A DNA stretch of 63,812 bases, the filler included, from Folioceros fuciformis (lineage: Eukaryota), in the NCBI GenBank assembly GCA_049999805.1. It is 4 parts of 4 records of this genome, joined end to end, with 100 filler letters (N's around TTAATTAATTAA, not from the genome) between each part and the next. Parts side by side here need not be neighbours in the genome. Positions count along the whole stretch, not along the records: positions 1 to 29,172 come from JBNGIO010005796.1; 3 more parts are not named here. The stretch is one strand, 5' to 3'. The notes below the pieces were generated by a model. That model searched no databases, had not been told where the DNA came from, and was given only the letters and a program-made list of their open reading frames with translations. Made by a program: the position numbers and the translations under genes. Positions 1-13,456 of this stretch are shown in pieces; positions within the stretch are counted from its first letter, which is position 1, and every line of letters begins with the position of its first letter.

Positions 1-1
1 G

Positions 2-1366
2 AGTGACCCCGACCTGCTCAAGAAGTTCCCCTCGCTCTCCAGTGTCGCCGGCGGGTCCTCGCAGCCCTCCAGCATTGGCGACAGCAGCTGGAAGCGCCAC
101 CAGCGGGCTGAGCGGAATCCCAAAACCGTGGTGGTGTCCAAGGACGGCAAAGGAGATTACAAGACCGTCGCCGAGGCGGTGAATGCAGTGCCAAAGAAAA
201 ACGCCCGTCGCTACATCATCCACATCAAGGAAGGGGTGTACTGGGAGAAATTCGATATTCCGAAGACCAAGCCCTACATCACCTTCCTGGGAGACGGGCA
301 GGACAAGACCATCATCGCCTACAACGCCACTGCCAGCACCGACGGGCCCGGGGACCTGCCCCTCAGAACGTTCCACAGCTCGACCGTGGGAGTCAGTTCG
401 CAGTACTTCATCGCCAAGCACCTCACCTTCAAAGTCTCTGCCCTGCCCTGCCCTCTCCTTGCCTTTCCCGTGGATTTCGCACATGCCTTGTCCTGCTTGT
501 CCTGACGCAGCAGCTACTGCTTCTGGTTTCCCCTGCTGCAGAATACGGCACCCGCTCCCAACCCGGGAGACATTGGCAAGCAGGCTGTGGCCTTCAGGAT
601 TTCAGCTGACCGAGCCGCCTTCTACCATGTCAGCTTCCTCGGCACTCAGGACACGCTCTACGACCAGCGGGGGCGCCACTACTTCAAAAACTGCTACATC
701 CAGGGATCCATCGACTTCATCTTCGGCTACGGCAGATCGCTGTACAAGGTGAGTACGGTGCCGCTTCTTTCACGCCATCTCTTTCCCTCACCGATCTCCC
801 GCCGTGTGCTTGCGCTTCAACTGTGCACATCCCGTGCAGAACTGTCACCTCCACTCCATCGCCAAGACCTTCGGCTCTCTCACAGCACAGAAGAGGAACG
901 CAACCCTGCTGGACACTGGCTACTCCTTCGTCGACTGCAGTGTGACGGGTACCGGTTACGTGTATCTGGGACGAGCCTGGGGCGCTTACTCGCGAGTCGT
1001 TTTCTCCTACACCTACTTCGACGATATTATCGTGCCTGAAGGCTGGCAAGATTGGGGAATTCCCGAGCGTGAAAAGTAAGCCTTGAGAACATTGGGATGG
1101 GATCGGTCCGGTTCAATTCGGTCTGGATCGGTGACTGGGAAGTTTTCTCGCTTGTGCCTGTGCTTGGACCTGTGCTTAGGGATGCTTGCTCTCGTTTGTT
1201 GCTGCTGATGCACAGGACGGTTTACTATGGAGAGTACAAGTGCTACGGGCCAGGAGCAAAGAATCCGCTGCGAGCCAAGTGGGCCAGAAAACTGACAGCC
1301 AAGGAGGTTAAGCCCTTCCTGACAGTGGGTTTCATCAACGGCAAGGGCTGGCTGGAGAGCTTTTGA
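2..1366 (+). CDS. Pectin methylesterase (pectinesterase), 5' partial; exons ~<2-433, 542-748, 840-1075, 1216-1366
   Basis: Spliced translation has the PME motifs [13 protein letters not shown], GxYxE (GVYWEK), [27 protein letters not shown] and [16 protein letters not shown] junctions restore the frame. Confidence 0.95.
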
Positions 1367-1934
1367 TGGTGGCAAGCCACGAGCATAGTGTAATTCAGCG
1401 CTGGATGTGCTTGGCAGTCTAAGCAGCATTGCGGGTGTGAGTGAGGCTTGTCTCTCACGGCCTTCACCACCTTGCCCGGCCCGGATCATTCGGCTGCTGG
1501 TTTCCTTCAGTCTGCTTCTGCGTTGAGATTGAAGCCAGAAACTGCAGCCTGCTGGTCCCCTCACTTATTTGCTACACATGACTCTGTTTATGTGGGCATA
1601 AGCACTTGAAGCTAGCTAGCTCTCCATGTGGCAAGTGAAACTTATGTAGAGACTCCTGGTAGCTCTCAAGTTTTGCTAGGTAGGACCCCATTTTTATTCC
1701 ATTGCATTGCATTGCATTGGCCAGATATCTTGGAGACTGTTACCTTCTTCGATGTATAGTTTGGCTGGGGGCACAAATCCAGATCCTGTATCTGGTGCAA
1801 TTCATTGTTTTCCTCACTTTTGTCTCTTTTCTTTCGTAGAAAGAAAAGTGAGCATCCTTTGTAGGAGACAAAATACTAGGCAACCGTGTGCATCTACTAA
1901 AGCATTATCACATACAACAATTGCTGGTTCAGGT

Positions 1935-2520
1935 TTAGTTGTGCTTCTGGCAGATGGCCTGCAAACAATAGTAAATGTATATGGAAAAAAAAGCTTGCCC
2001 TGGCGCATTAGCCGCAATTCTCGTCCTACTCACTGGCTTCTTGATTGGTGAGGAAAAGCTGCAGCCTTGGGGACAAGGACGCCAGGATGACAGCGAGTAG
2101 TCATGGAATTTGCAACTCGACGACTTGGAAGCTTGTGCCAGAGTAGCCTCAAGGCTGAGGTCAGTACAATGCAAATGGGGTCCGCAACCGGCAGGCCAGC
2201 AGGCTGAAAGCTGGGCACATGAGACGTACGCCCTCACTGCCAACTGCACATGCTTCTTTCTACCACTCCCGAGGTAGAGAGAACGTGGAACATGCCAAAT
2301 CACGCTTATCATCCTAGCTTACTAAGCAGATAAATTGCTTTCAGATTCTCGTACCCCTTCGGGACCGCAAATGCAAAAGTGCTTTACGGTTTGAGGTTAT
2401 TTTGAATCTCTCGCATTCCCACCTGATACAGGAGCCTGCAACCTGCCAAATCACGCTTAATGCATCGTCTGATGTGAGTGAATGTTTCAAGATTCCCCGC
2501 TTGTTTCGTTCACCGGGGTC
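1935..2520 (-). pseudogene. Degenerate PPR (E-motif-like) fragments
   Basis: Fragments such as SVIW...GRKKHVQLAVRAY and DDALSVIWQVAGSC resemble the PPR E motif, with many stops and frameshifts. TGCCAAATCACGCTTA is duplicated at ~2293 and ~2444. Confidence 0.35.
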
Positions 2521-3479
2521 CATGGTGGAACGTTCGGCTTCAACCTTGTAACGCCCCCAACTGCAAAAGAAACGTCCTGAAACTGCAAGCCTTAAACAGG
2601 TAGGTGATGCAATTACACCGAATCACAAACAGCCTGAAACGTCTAATCTGAAGCAGAATGCAAGATGCGCGAACATGACTGTTCAGGCGCCGGACAAGCC
2701 ACACGGCATCACCACCGTCGGAGGGAGCCTCGGAACTGGAGTGGGGAAAACCCTTCCGTTATTAGGTCTCACACAAAGCAGGCTGACAGAAACTTTCTTG
2801 CTCCAGATTTCAGGTAAGACGAGGCAGATTTCCGTCGTCTTCTCGGTGAGAAGCTGCTGCGTGCATCGTGTGTGGCCAGAGAAGCATCCAAGAACAGAAC
2901 TGCGCGACATAGGAATACTCAAAGTGTTGGCAGGTGGATAATACATAGATGATTCAGTTGCTATTCGTACGTATGCCTGGGTCTTCACAGAGTGTCACAC
3001 TCCCCGATAATCTACAAGTCGCTAAGTGGATGTGAAACAACGACAACTCTCCACCGAGGGGGGAATTCCCTGGAAAGACAGCATCGATTCGCGAGCTCCG
3101 TGGCTCACCGCATGTCTACAGCATGCCAATGTCTCCTCTTCTCTCCTCGGCCCTGCTCTCCTTCGCGGAGCGGAAACTGGAACGGAAACCGGGGCGGCGG
3201 TTCAAGTTCAAGTCTCACCCATAATGAAATATATTTTCCGTAAATGGCCACCATGCGCCAAATGGCCGCGGTTCGCTATCCCGCCTCTGGTCCTTCCGGC
3301 CCAGCAACCGCTCCCTCCTCCTCAACAACCTCATCGTCGCCCACTGCAACCACGTCGGCCAGACTGCTGGCGCATGTTTTCCAGTTCAACGCATTTCGAA
3401 TCAGCAATCACTATGTGAGTGCCACTGTCTTCCCCTGTATAGGGCCTGCATCGGCCTCTCAAAAGCACCATGGTTGCCT

Positions 3480-5200
3480 TCTTACCCCATTTGCTTGTAC
3501 GTACCAAGCCCCTCATGTCCAAGATCTTGCTGGGAGGACCATGCTACGATATCCTTTGTATTCATGTTATCAGAAACCTCGCATGCGTCTTCCTGTTCAC
3601 CACATACACGTCGACCAGTACAACCCCCCGCAGTCCTCTTTGAACAGTCTGCGAGTGCGTCTGCCTGCCCTTCAGAGCGAGCACATTCAGCCAAAGAGGA
3701 AAATGCAGTTTCCTCTGGCGTACACACTGGTGCTCCAGGGAGTGGGAGTACTTCATTACTCTCACGGTCGACCATAACAAACTACAACAACCAGGGCCAA
3801 ATCGACGCGCACGTACCGCCTTTCTCTTGCAAAACTGTCTTTTTGCTCCACCCTTGACATTATCTCCGCAACAGTGGAAGGCGCTGCAGAGGCATAGATT
3901 CTTCCGTCACCAGCAGAGATGGACATCCCACTCGGAATGTTCACTACCATCCCCAGGACATCGCTTTGGCCCTCTCGTGAGGATATCACGTTCTCTGCCT
4001 CATTCATCTAAGTGGCCCGCACGCCCACCCAAGGATATCAATCATGCAGGTGTCACGCTCAATGGTAGGTTTGATGCCATAGAATCAGGGTGATTATGAC
4101 CCTCGCCAGCCAGTCTCCCATGAGTGCCTGGGGCTAGAAGGCAAGTTTAGTAGCACCACCAAGCTGAAAGCCGGCAACTAACCTCTCCTCGAAACAAGCT
4201 AGTGCCTCGTGAGCTTGAACACTAGCATCATACCCAGATATTGGAGAATTCTCTGTCACCAATGCTTTGTAGCCATGCTGTAAAAAACGTGGCGTGCATC
4301 TTCCATTGCACCACATGTCCAGCAGTGAGCTGCCCGACACTACGCCTTCTACCAGTAGTGTTCTTTCCACAGCTTCTGAGTGCAGCTGCCTGCCGTCCTG
4401 TTAGGCATCAGTGCTTCCACAGGCATGCAGAAGGCACGAAATAAAGTAACATCGTTAGACATCATCATCCCCAACTCCTCCACTTGTCCATACAGAAGAT
4501 GCGCCTCACGTCAGACCCCTTGGTCTACATACCCAGCAATCGGCACGGTCCATGTCACCACATTCTCTGTGGTCCTGCTGGCCAAGACCTGGCGTGCATC
4601 CTTCATTTCACCGCATTTTGCATACATGTTCATAGCCAGGTGCCGACAGAGAACTCAAGAGGAATGCTACGGGGAAACACATCAGAATGAACTTCTCTAC
4701 CACATTCCAAGCCGGCTGCAAGTGCACAAGCTTGAAGGGCAGCTACAAAGACGTGAAAATCCTCCTTCAATTCTGATCCACGCACCTCATGATACAGTTT
4801 CATGTCCTTGTTAGGTCTCCCAAGCTTGGCATATGCAGAAATTACGGAAACCCTCCTCAGGGCATCTGGTTTACCCACCCCGGTGTAGACATCCATGGCC
4901 TCCTGCACACGAACTCCACATACATAGATAGAGCTCCCCAAGCACGCACACGAATCGGACCCGAGTGTCATGAACTCGTCGTCCCACAACCAGCTCCTTC
5001 TTAGTTGTACACAGTTATATAGCACAGCGTAAAACGGACAGTGAGGCATAGCAGAGTCTATCTGCGCCAGAGATTTCAGGGCCCCGACAGCCTGAGAAAG
5101 CTTCCCCTGCCGATAACGTGCTCACGAATACAACCCCATTTCTGATCCTGCACGCCTTCCAGGTTCAGGCCAATCCAGAGAGGTTGAGTCGGACGGAGAG
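3480..5200 (-). pseudogene. Degenerate PLS-class pentatricopeptide repeat gene
   Basis: Fragments VISAYAKLGRPNKDMKLYHEV...DFHVFVAALQACALAAGLECGREVHSDV, VSGSSLLDMWCNG, ISGYDASVQAHEALACFEE and DACEVSDNMNTKDIVAWS are PPR-like. The frame is broken repeatedly. Confidence 0.7.
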
Positions 5201-5714
5201 CCACCCGCAGTTGGTAAGTCAATTTTGAAGATATTTAAATTTAATTTAATTAAGGGTATCCGTTGCATTTGCATGTGCGATGGATTGCTGACCTACGCTT
5301 ACTCTCGGTTTCAGGTGTGGCGTATGTAGTGTACCTTCAACCAGGATAGAGTGCAAACATGCTGACTGGAGGCTGACGCGGCAAAGCAGGTCACATTTTA
5401 TGCATGTTCAAGAGGCCAGCCAGTTCAAACTGTTGACAGGGCATCCAGGGTGAGTGTGACACAGTGATCAACCCAGAGATATGTTACAAAGCCAGCAAAT
5501 CGACAGAGCGCTCGGCAGCGGGAGAGCTGGTCATCCTTACCTGCCTCCTGGTACGAGGATAACTGCAGGGTGCAACGAATATCTGCCCAAACAGGAGTGG
5601 GTACCTTTCAGTCCTTCATCAACCTGTGACATACGATACACCTCCCAACCAGTCGAGTTCTCGTCCCACAGCAAGCCAGAAGCTGTCACGTTCCAGACCC
5701 CCAATCTCCAACCC

Positions 5715-8700
5715 ATGGCGCCCTCCTGTGGGAAGAGAAGCATCACTCCTGGAATTTCCATCTTGGATGCCCAGTTAATGGTGTGCGGGCAGCCCATACT
5801 GTCCAACTTGCCCACCAATGTGCGCCTCACTCCTGATCCAGGATTGGGAGTGTTGCATGGCGCGTTCTTGGGAGTATCAGCCTCAGAGCCCAGCAGCCGT
5901 CATGTTCTCCCCATCGGGAACCTTGAGTTTGTTTCTCAACTCGTCACGCCCTGGTCTTCCTGACTAACGTATGTTTATGTTTTGCACCATTTCTTGCTTC
6001 TGCATCAGCTCTTGTGTACTTATGTTTACCTGGCTGTTCTGATCAGCCTTGTGTTCTCGCGGTGGAATGGGGCACAGGGGCCGACGTTTCATGTGTTGTT
6101 TCCGATTCAAACTGTGGTGGATGACTCAGAGGATGGGCAATGCGGGACGGCATGTGCCTCAGGAGACTCAATTTATGCTTTTGGAGAGCAAGACGGAGTG
6201 CTCTTTGAGTGAAGGGGAGGAGCTGGAGCAGGATGATCAGACAGTGTACACTGTTTTCTTGCCTCTTCTGGATGGGCCGTTCAGGGCTTCACTTCAGGGG
6301 ACTGATTTGGATGAACTGCAGTTGTGTTTGGAAAGCGGTGTGTAATTTCAAGTGCTTGGGTGATGTTCGTAGTGCATGTGCTTTAAATGCTAGATCTTTC
6401 CCATTCGATTTTCCCAGACCCGTGTTATGCTCCACCTCATAAAGGGAGAAGACTGATTTGAGTGTCCCAGGTGATCCCGTGGTGATGACATCTCAATCAA
6501 GCCACGCCATGTATATTGGAAGTGGAGCAGATCCCTTTGAAGTTGTGTCGGATGCAGTACGGTGAGCTTGCTGAAGAGAATTTTAACCCCTATCCTTGCG
6601 GTATTGTTATGTTCTGTGGACTTGTTCTGTTCAGCAGAACAAGTAGCAGTAGAATCATGACCCTGGAAAATATTAGTGCAGAGCTGTTGAAGCACACTCA
6701 TGTTCGTTTGCTCATCGGGAGAAGAAGAAGGTGAGAGCTGGAATGTGTCCGTCTCTTTCAATAAACATCCGACTTTCAGATTGTGGATGGAGCCCGTGAT
6801 GAAAAAACTTGTACAGATGCCTGGCTTGCTGGATTGCTTTGGATGGTGTACTTGGGATGCTTTCTACACAGATGTCACAGCAGATGCTGTAAATGAAGGC
6901 CTGAAAAGGTACTTGGGCTCCCTGAATCTGCTGGTCACCTCTGCTGCTTCTTGGAATGTTGACCTCTAAATTGGAAAGCGAAGGGTTTTTAGTTAAATGG
7001 CTGTTGGAACCATTGACAAGCTTGTTCGAGGGGGGCACTCCGGCACGATTTTTAATCATCGATGACGGGTGGCAATCTCTCGACTCAGATGATAAAGGTG
7101 GGAATGCAACAGTCTCTGTTGGCACACAGTAAGTAAGACATCTCAAACCCCTTGTTCTATGAAAAAGTCACTAACATAATTGCTTCGTTTTCATCTACCC
7201 CCTGCATTGAACTTTGCACAGATACGCAAGCAGATTGAGTAGCATCAAAGCGAATCACAAGTTTGAAAGGGATGACAAGGAAAATGGTGCAAGCGTGGGT
7301 CTGCAGCATTTAGTCCAGGCATCAAAGGCGAATTTTCAGTTGAAGTAGGTGATTAGTCCAGACATGTTGAATGCTTGGGAGCTAAATGGCAGTATGTCTG
7401 TTTGCAGTTTTTGACGGGTTTTTGAATGGGCTGTATATCACGCTGATCAGGTACATTTACGTTTGGCATGCTCTTGCTGGGTACTGGGGAGGAGTGCAAC
7501 CAAATGCTGAAATGGATCAATACAAGCCTGTGGTGACGTATCCAGTGCATTCCCCTGGAATATTAGCCAACCAGCCTGATATGGCCACAGACAGCCTCAC
7601 CGTGAATGGGTTGGGCCTGGTCAACACAGAGAAGTTGTACGAATTTTTCAATGATCTGCATAGCTACTTGGCAAGCGCGGGCGTAGATGGTGTGAAGGTG
7701 GATGCACAGTCAATCATTGAAACCCTCGGAGGTGGGTGTGGTGGCCGTGTCCAGTTGGTGAAGCAGTACATACAAGCACTTGAAGCATCTGTAGCTCAAA
7801 ACTTTCCGGATAATGGTTGCATAGCATGCATGAGTCACAGCTCTGATGGAATTTACAGGTTAGCAGTATTTCCATGCCTTGGAACAAGTGAATGTATGCT
7901 GTTTTGCATGTCTCACACTGAAAGTGTTTTCTGTGAGCAGTACCAAGCAAATAGCTGTTGTCCGTGCCTCGGACGACTTCTATCCCCGGGATCCTGCGTC
8001 GCACACCATCCACATTGCTTCCGTGACGTACAACAGTTTATTCCTAGGCGAATTTATGCAGCCTGACTGGGATATGTTTCAGGTCAGGTCAAGTCATGTC
8101 TCTTTTCCCTGACACCATTCTGTCATGTATTACCTGCATCACCAGTAGTTTGACTAGTGTGTAATGGGCTCTGTTGGTGCAGAGCCTGCATCCGGCCGCA
8201 TCTTATCACGCAGCTGCACGTGCTGTTGGAGGGTGTGCGATCTATGTCAGGTGGACGTTGTTTTGCCCGCCAAGATATTGGCAACAGAAATGCTTTTGCT
8301 ATGAGATCCATGTTCGTGTGCTGCTTGGGCTAACAGGAGTGAGGGTGGTGTTGCAGTGATAGGCCAGGACAGCATGATTTTGAGTTGCTGAGGAAGCTTG
8401 TGCTTCCTGACGGGACTGTCCTGCGAGCAAAACTCCCTGGGCGACCAACCTGTGACAGCCTGTTCGTAGACCCAGCTAGAGACGGGACCAGGTCAGTTGC
8501 CTGCACAGTCACTGGAAGCTGTTCCTCATATCTGGGTTGCGGTGATCGAGAAGTTAGAAATTCTTGTAACTGGATCCTCATCGTTTTGTTTCGCTGTGCA
8601 GCCTGTTGAAGATCTGGAACTTGAACAAGTTCACGGGTGTTTTGGGAGTGTTCAACTGCCAAGGCGCTGGCTGGTGTAAAGATGGCAAGATCAACAGAAT

Positions 8701-9446
8701 ACACGACACCGCTCCAGCCAGCGTCACCGGAGGCATCCGGGGACTAGACGTGCATTTGTTAGCCGATGTGGCTGGAACGAAGTGGAATGGGGAATGTGTG
8801 GTTTTCTCTCACCAAGCAGGTTCTCATCTGTCCGCTTTTCCACTAGCTCTTTCTTCCCTTGGTGCACTCTATATCATTTCTGAGTGTGTGCGAGGGACAT
8901 GTGGGCAGGGGAAGTATGGCGACTTCCGAAGGCCGAGTCACGACCTGTGACCTTGAAGGTTTTGGAGTATGAAGTGTTCACTGTGACACCCGTAGAGGTG
9001 CGGCAGGCTGAGGCGTTGTTTAGTCAAGTTCAGTTCAGTCCAGTCCTGCACGTCTGCACACGTCCATATCCTCCCGACGTGCAGCGGAATGGAAATAGCA
9101 ACAGCCTGAGCAGGTGTATCCGCATGTGCAGGAAGTGGCGGCAGGAGTATGGTTCGCTCCCATCGGTTTGCTGGACATGTTGAACTCCGGAGCTGCAGTT
9201 GATGCACTGAGCCACGATGCCACCGAACCCGTAGTTCCAGGCGGGCAAGGGGACGGGACCTGCAGAGTAACGATGAAGCTCCGCGGGTGCGGAAAGTTTG
9301 GAGCTTATTCGTCTCGCAGGCCGAAAGCTGTGCTGCCTCTCGCAGTAGGCGCCGGGATGTGTTACCGCGAGGCGGATGGTCTAGTCACCTTCTCCCTCCC
9401 GGTCCCCGAAGAAGGGCAGCTGTGGGACGTGACTATTCATCTTTGA
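5715..9446 (+). CDS. Raffinose synthase / seed imbibition protein family (alkaline alpha-galactosidase, GH36), multi-exon
   Basis: Motifs [77 protein letters not shown] and [22 protein letters not shown] occur in exons joined by GT-AG introns. Start taken as ATG 5715; an in-frame upstream ATG exists at 5481. Confidence 0.95.
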
Positions 9447-10555
9447 AAAGAAAGAATGTCTCCTCCTTCTCCTTATGCCTTGTTCGCGAAGAAACGCAAG
9501 GAATCATGCACTGGCCGCGGGTGCGTCGGGACTGCCATAGCCGTGCCGTGAACACGTAAACCATGCAGATGATTCGTGAGCTCGAGGAAGCAGCATACGA
9601 AGGGGCCGGAGAGCTTCCCGGATCCGGCATGTGCCAGGTGAGACAAGGCGGTGTCCTGCACTGCCGTGAGGTGGCCATGGATCACTGCGCACGGGGGCTG
9701 CGACTGCAGAGAACGCGTCTCCACGTGCCCCGGAGCCGTCGCCCTGTCTGAACGAGACATGCTGCATATCAATGTGTACCGTGGCCGTTACTGATGCCTC
9801 GAGTGCCACGTCGTCAGAACCACCGGATGGCCGGAGAACCGGACGGACGAAAGTCGCCAGTAGCCAAACCCGGATCACTACCGCACGATATTTTATCTAT
9901 GGCGCATGGTTATCCACCCGGTGACTGGACGAAGCCTGCAAAAGAAATATTGTCCATATATTCATGACCGCATGGTTGGGACCAGGCGGGCGGTTTTGGG
10001 TGGCTGGTGCACGGTTGAGGTGGGATGGACGGAGGTGGCTGTACTCCGTGATGACGTGGCCGTATTTGCCAGCACTCCAAGCGTCATACATATAGCATGG
10101 AAGCCTCGCGAACGACACAGCATGTACAGTACGTACTTGTACATACAAACGTATGAGCGTGGTGGCGCAATACACGTTACGTATATGATATTGTATAGGC
10201 GTTGAAGTCGAAGTTGTCACCAACCCGAGTCAATGACCAGAGTGTCCGGGTCAGTGGCGGTTGCACCGAGTCTCAATCCCGTCAATGTGCTCGGCCCTTT
10301 TATCTACTTCTTCTCCGCCCATTTGCATCGAGCGGGCTTGACCCACTGATGCATCGTCGTTTGCTCACCTTGTCTTCTTTCTCAAGTTGCACGCGCTGCC
10401 GACGATCCTGCCGTTGCGGTCCGGGCGAGGCCAATCTGGGCCTTGTGAGGGCAAGCGGAAGAGCAACTCTCGCTCTCGGGTGGGTAGCTGTGCTTTCTTC
10501 ATGCGCACACTGCAGTGCTCATTTCGCTGAGGTAAGCGCCACTCCTTCAGCCTTT

Positions 10556-10595
10556 CCCTTGCCTTGCCTTGCCCTGCCTTGCCCTGCCTTGCCTT
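10556..10595. repeat. (CCTTG/CCCTG)n pentanucleotide microsatellite in the probable 5' UTR intron of BRK1
   Basis: Seen directly: ccttgccttgccttgccctgccttgccctgccttgccttg, inside a GTAAG(~10532)...CCAG(10700) intron-like stretch. Confidence 0.8.
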
Positions 10596-10713
10596 GTACG
10601 TGAGCTGGGGATTTGCGGGCTTGCTGCTCTGCTCTGTTAGGGCATGGATGTGCGCTCACGCCTTCCCCTCATCTGCCACACCACGGCTTGCATGGTCCAG
10701 GTTGGGCAGCAAC

Positions 10714-11077
10714 ATGTCGAAGACGAACGCGACAAATAGCGTCGGCGTAGGGCTGGCCGTGCAGAGCGACTGGGATAATCGCCACTTCTCCAGCTCGCTC
10801 AGTGTTAATGTGCGCCGCCTTTTCGAGTTCCTCCTGCAGTTTGGTAAGCTGGATCTGCCGGAGCTGTAGCCCCAACTGGGATTGGGAGGCTGTTTTAATC
10901 GCTATTTTGCCCTTCCTCGCATCCAGCTCATGTCCGCTGTTGGGGCACTTGTCGTGACCAGAATCTGCCACCAGAACCAAGCTCGCAACCTTGAATGAGA
11001 AGCTGACGGTGTTAGAGCGGCAGCTGGAGTACTTGGAAGCGCAGTTTAACACGGCCTCGGTTACCGGGGCTCTTTGA
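10714..11077 (+). CDS. BRK1: BRICK1/HSPC300 subunit of the SCAR/WAVE complex; exons 10714-10843, 10962-11077
   Basis: Spliced protein MSKTNATNSVGVGLAVQSDWDNRHFSSSLSVNVRRLFEFLLQF-ESATRTKLATLNEKLTVLERQLEYLEAQF matches the plant BRK1 signature. Confidence 0.95.
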
Positions 11078-12249
11078 GGATGCATCCTTCCACCTTGTAT
11101 CGGATGACTGTTCTTCCTGCCATCCGCTCTTCCTTCCTCCCCCCGGAGTCCCGCAGTCGTGAGGCGCGATGAGACAATGCGGACGCAAAGCTGGCTTCCG
11201 CTCACACCAGGATCACTTCATTGGAACCTCCAGTCTTGCTATCTCGTTCGCAGCAGCTAAGGTTCAGGGTAGTCGGAGGTGCTGTCCACCAAGATCCGGT
11301 CGATTGCCTTCTGGCCTCTCAGATTCCCTTATGACAGCTTGTGTCCCGTTTACCGGAGTGTCCCTATCTTTGTACATTGTGTCACTATATCCATCGTAGA
11401 TTGGTAGGGTTCTGTTCACCACCATTGTTCCTGTTGAAGGGACCCTGAAAATTAACGGAGACAGCCAGCCGGGTCGTGGTATGTCAGCACCCTGTCACCG
11501 GTCTTGCACTCACGAGCAACTACACAGGAAGTAGGCACATGAGACACCTCAGAGCCATTTTTCCGCCTTGCAGATCTGATGGAAATATGTTTTTGCTTCA
11601 TGCATAACCATGAATCATCTCGCGATCGGTCATTCGCATCGCAGTTCATGTGATGCATGCAATGGATGCGCGAACATCACGGTGACACATTTGATTCCTT
11701 TGCTCCCAGTCTGGCCTCAGTACCCGCAGTCACAGTAGAAGCCCATTACGTCCACGGCACTCAACCTACGCCGGCGAAACTGAGTGATCCTACTCGTTGT
11801 GGCTATTTCGAGCCCACTAGGAAGTAGCCTACGAACAGGTCTCTTGAGCTCTCTTTCTGCTACGTCCTGCATGTATTTACTTCTAAGGACCAAACCGTTG
11901 CGAAACGACCGCGAAGCTTGCCACAAACTTTCGTTGGAGCAAATTTGGCACGTTGGTGGCAACCGCTTTCTGCCAGTGGATGCTTCTTCATGGAAACATG
12001 ACATTGCAAAGCGGCGATGCCTGTTGTGTTCACCGTGCTTGCCAACCATATTTGCCTTCGTCTGGTCTTTCCTACTGTCTGCAGATGTTTAAGTGGGGCA
12101 AGAAAAGCAATCCGTACCCTGTCCCCCATATGCACAGACCCTAGCATGAAGGCAGATGGCCATGTTCGTTCTGGCAGCACTTCAGGTCTTTACGCTTCCC
12201 TCAGCCCACCCACGCATCGGAGATGAGAAAGCTTCCCCACCGTGAATCA

Positions 12250-13100
12250 GAGGAGGAGGACATCAAGCTCATGCTTTGGTAGCCACCAATTTGGCAGTTA
12301 TGCATGCAAAGCGTGGCCGCTTGAAAGACACTCAAGAGTAGTCTTGGAAGCCTGCGCTTGAGGTCGAGGGACTTGGATTTTTACAACAGCAGGGATTTTC
12401 TTGCTGTTCAGGAGGAGGCAGGCATCTTGTCTTGAACTGCGTCACAATTTCATTTCCCCCAGCCGGCATGCTCAAGTTTAGGGCACTACAATTTCGGAGA
12501 TCCGAAGGCTGGCTTGTGCTTGTGCTTGTGTGCGATTAAACTGTCTTTGTAGGCAGATGTTTGGCTTAACTCAGCTTTGCCATATCTCGGGGTCTACCTT
12601 GCAATAATGCATGTGAAGCCGAAGCCGGACAAGATCCCGTTGAGAATGTGTTCATGTCATGCATGCACACAGATGCTCTCATGTAGTAGTACCTGCGTAT
12701 GTATGCAGCAGGCACCAATTCCAATGCGAGCAGTAAGACAGAGGGAATATGCAGGACAAAATCGACGGCACGGTGAATACAATTATTGGTCAGGTATGAG
12801 AAGCATGGATCATAGTTTATTGGGTGGGACAGCGCATCCCAGCAGTGGAGCAACGCGGACAAAGATACTTTGCAATGAAGAAACCAGGGCATCCTTTATC
12901 CTAGCGAGTCAAATTTGGTGGATGCTATGGTGCCTCTCGCCCAACCATGATTCATTGAAAAATCATCCAGTCAGGCGCTGCCTAGTGTCGAGCTCCATCA
13001 CCAATGCTCCCTTCACTGGACTGCATTACGGATCGTGAATCCTGAATCGGAATAAAGACCTGGTCACGCATGAATGTCTGGTGTCAGCCATTTGACTTCA
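12250..13100 (+). pseudogene. Highly degenerate PPR remnant
   Basis: LVATNLAVMHAKRGRLKDTQE (~12277-12338) resembles the PPR S/P motif (VATALVNMYAKCGSLxDA); ADVWLNSAL at ~12553. No intact ORF. Confidence 0.4.
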
Positions 13101-13456
13101 AAAGGAATGTATGCAGTATGTAGTAGTAGTCCATGTACACGAAGTGTCTACATACATTTGTCACCCTGGCGTGCAGGTTTCCTCTAGCATTCCCGGCTCT
13201 GGCTGCCTACTCGTCGTCTTGAGCAACGTAGAGACGCACAACGTGGACTGAAGCCATTCGCTTCTCTCGACGCGTCACGTCCGGAGATTCCCCGCCACTT
13301 GGCCGCACTGTCTGTAGGAAGGCCCTGGGTCGCAGGCATTACCTGTGCCTGGCCCCGCAACATCTTCACAGCAACTCCAAACCTCATCAACTCCAGCTTC
13401 AGCGCTAGTGCCTTTGCCAGACTGCTAGAGCGATTGCCAGGGCCACGAGTTTCGGG

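Noticed and set aside
3244-3777. 177-aa plus-strand ORF
   Set aside because: No recognisable domain, and largely antisense to the PPR remnant.
9450-10230. Several overlapping GC-rich ORFs between the GH36 gene and BRK1
   Set aside because: No consistent frame, splice pattern or motif could be supported.
11717-12049. ORF ending CDCGY as a DYW domain terminus
   Set aside because: Lacks the HxE and CxxC deaminase motifs and the HHF..G.CSC context.
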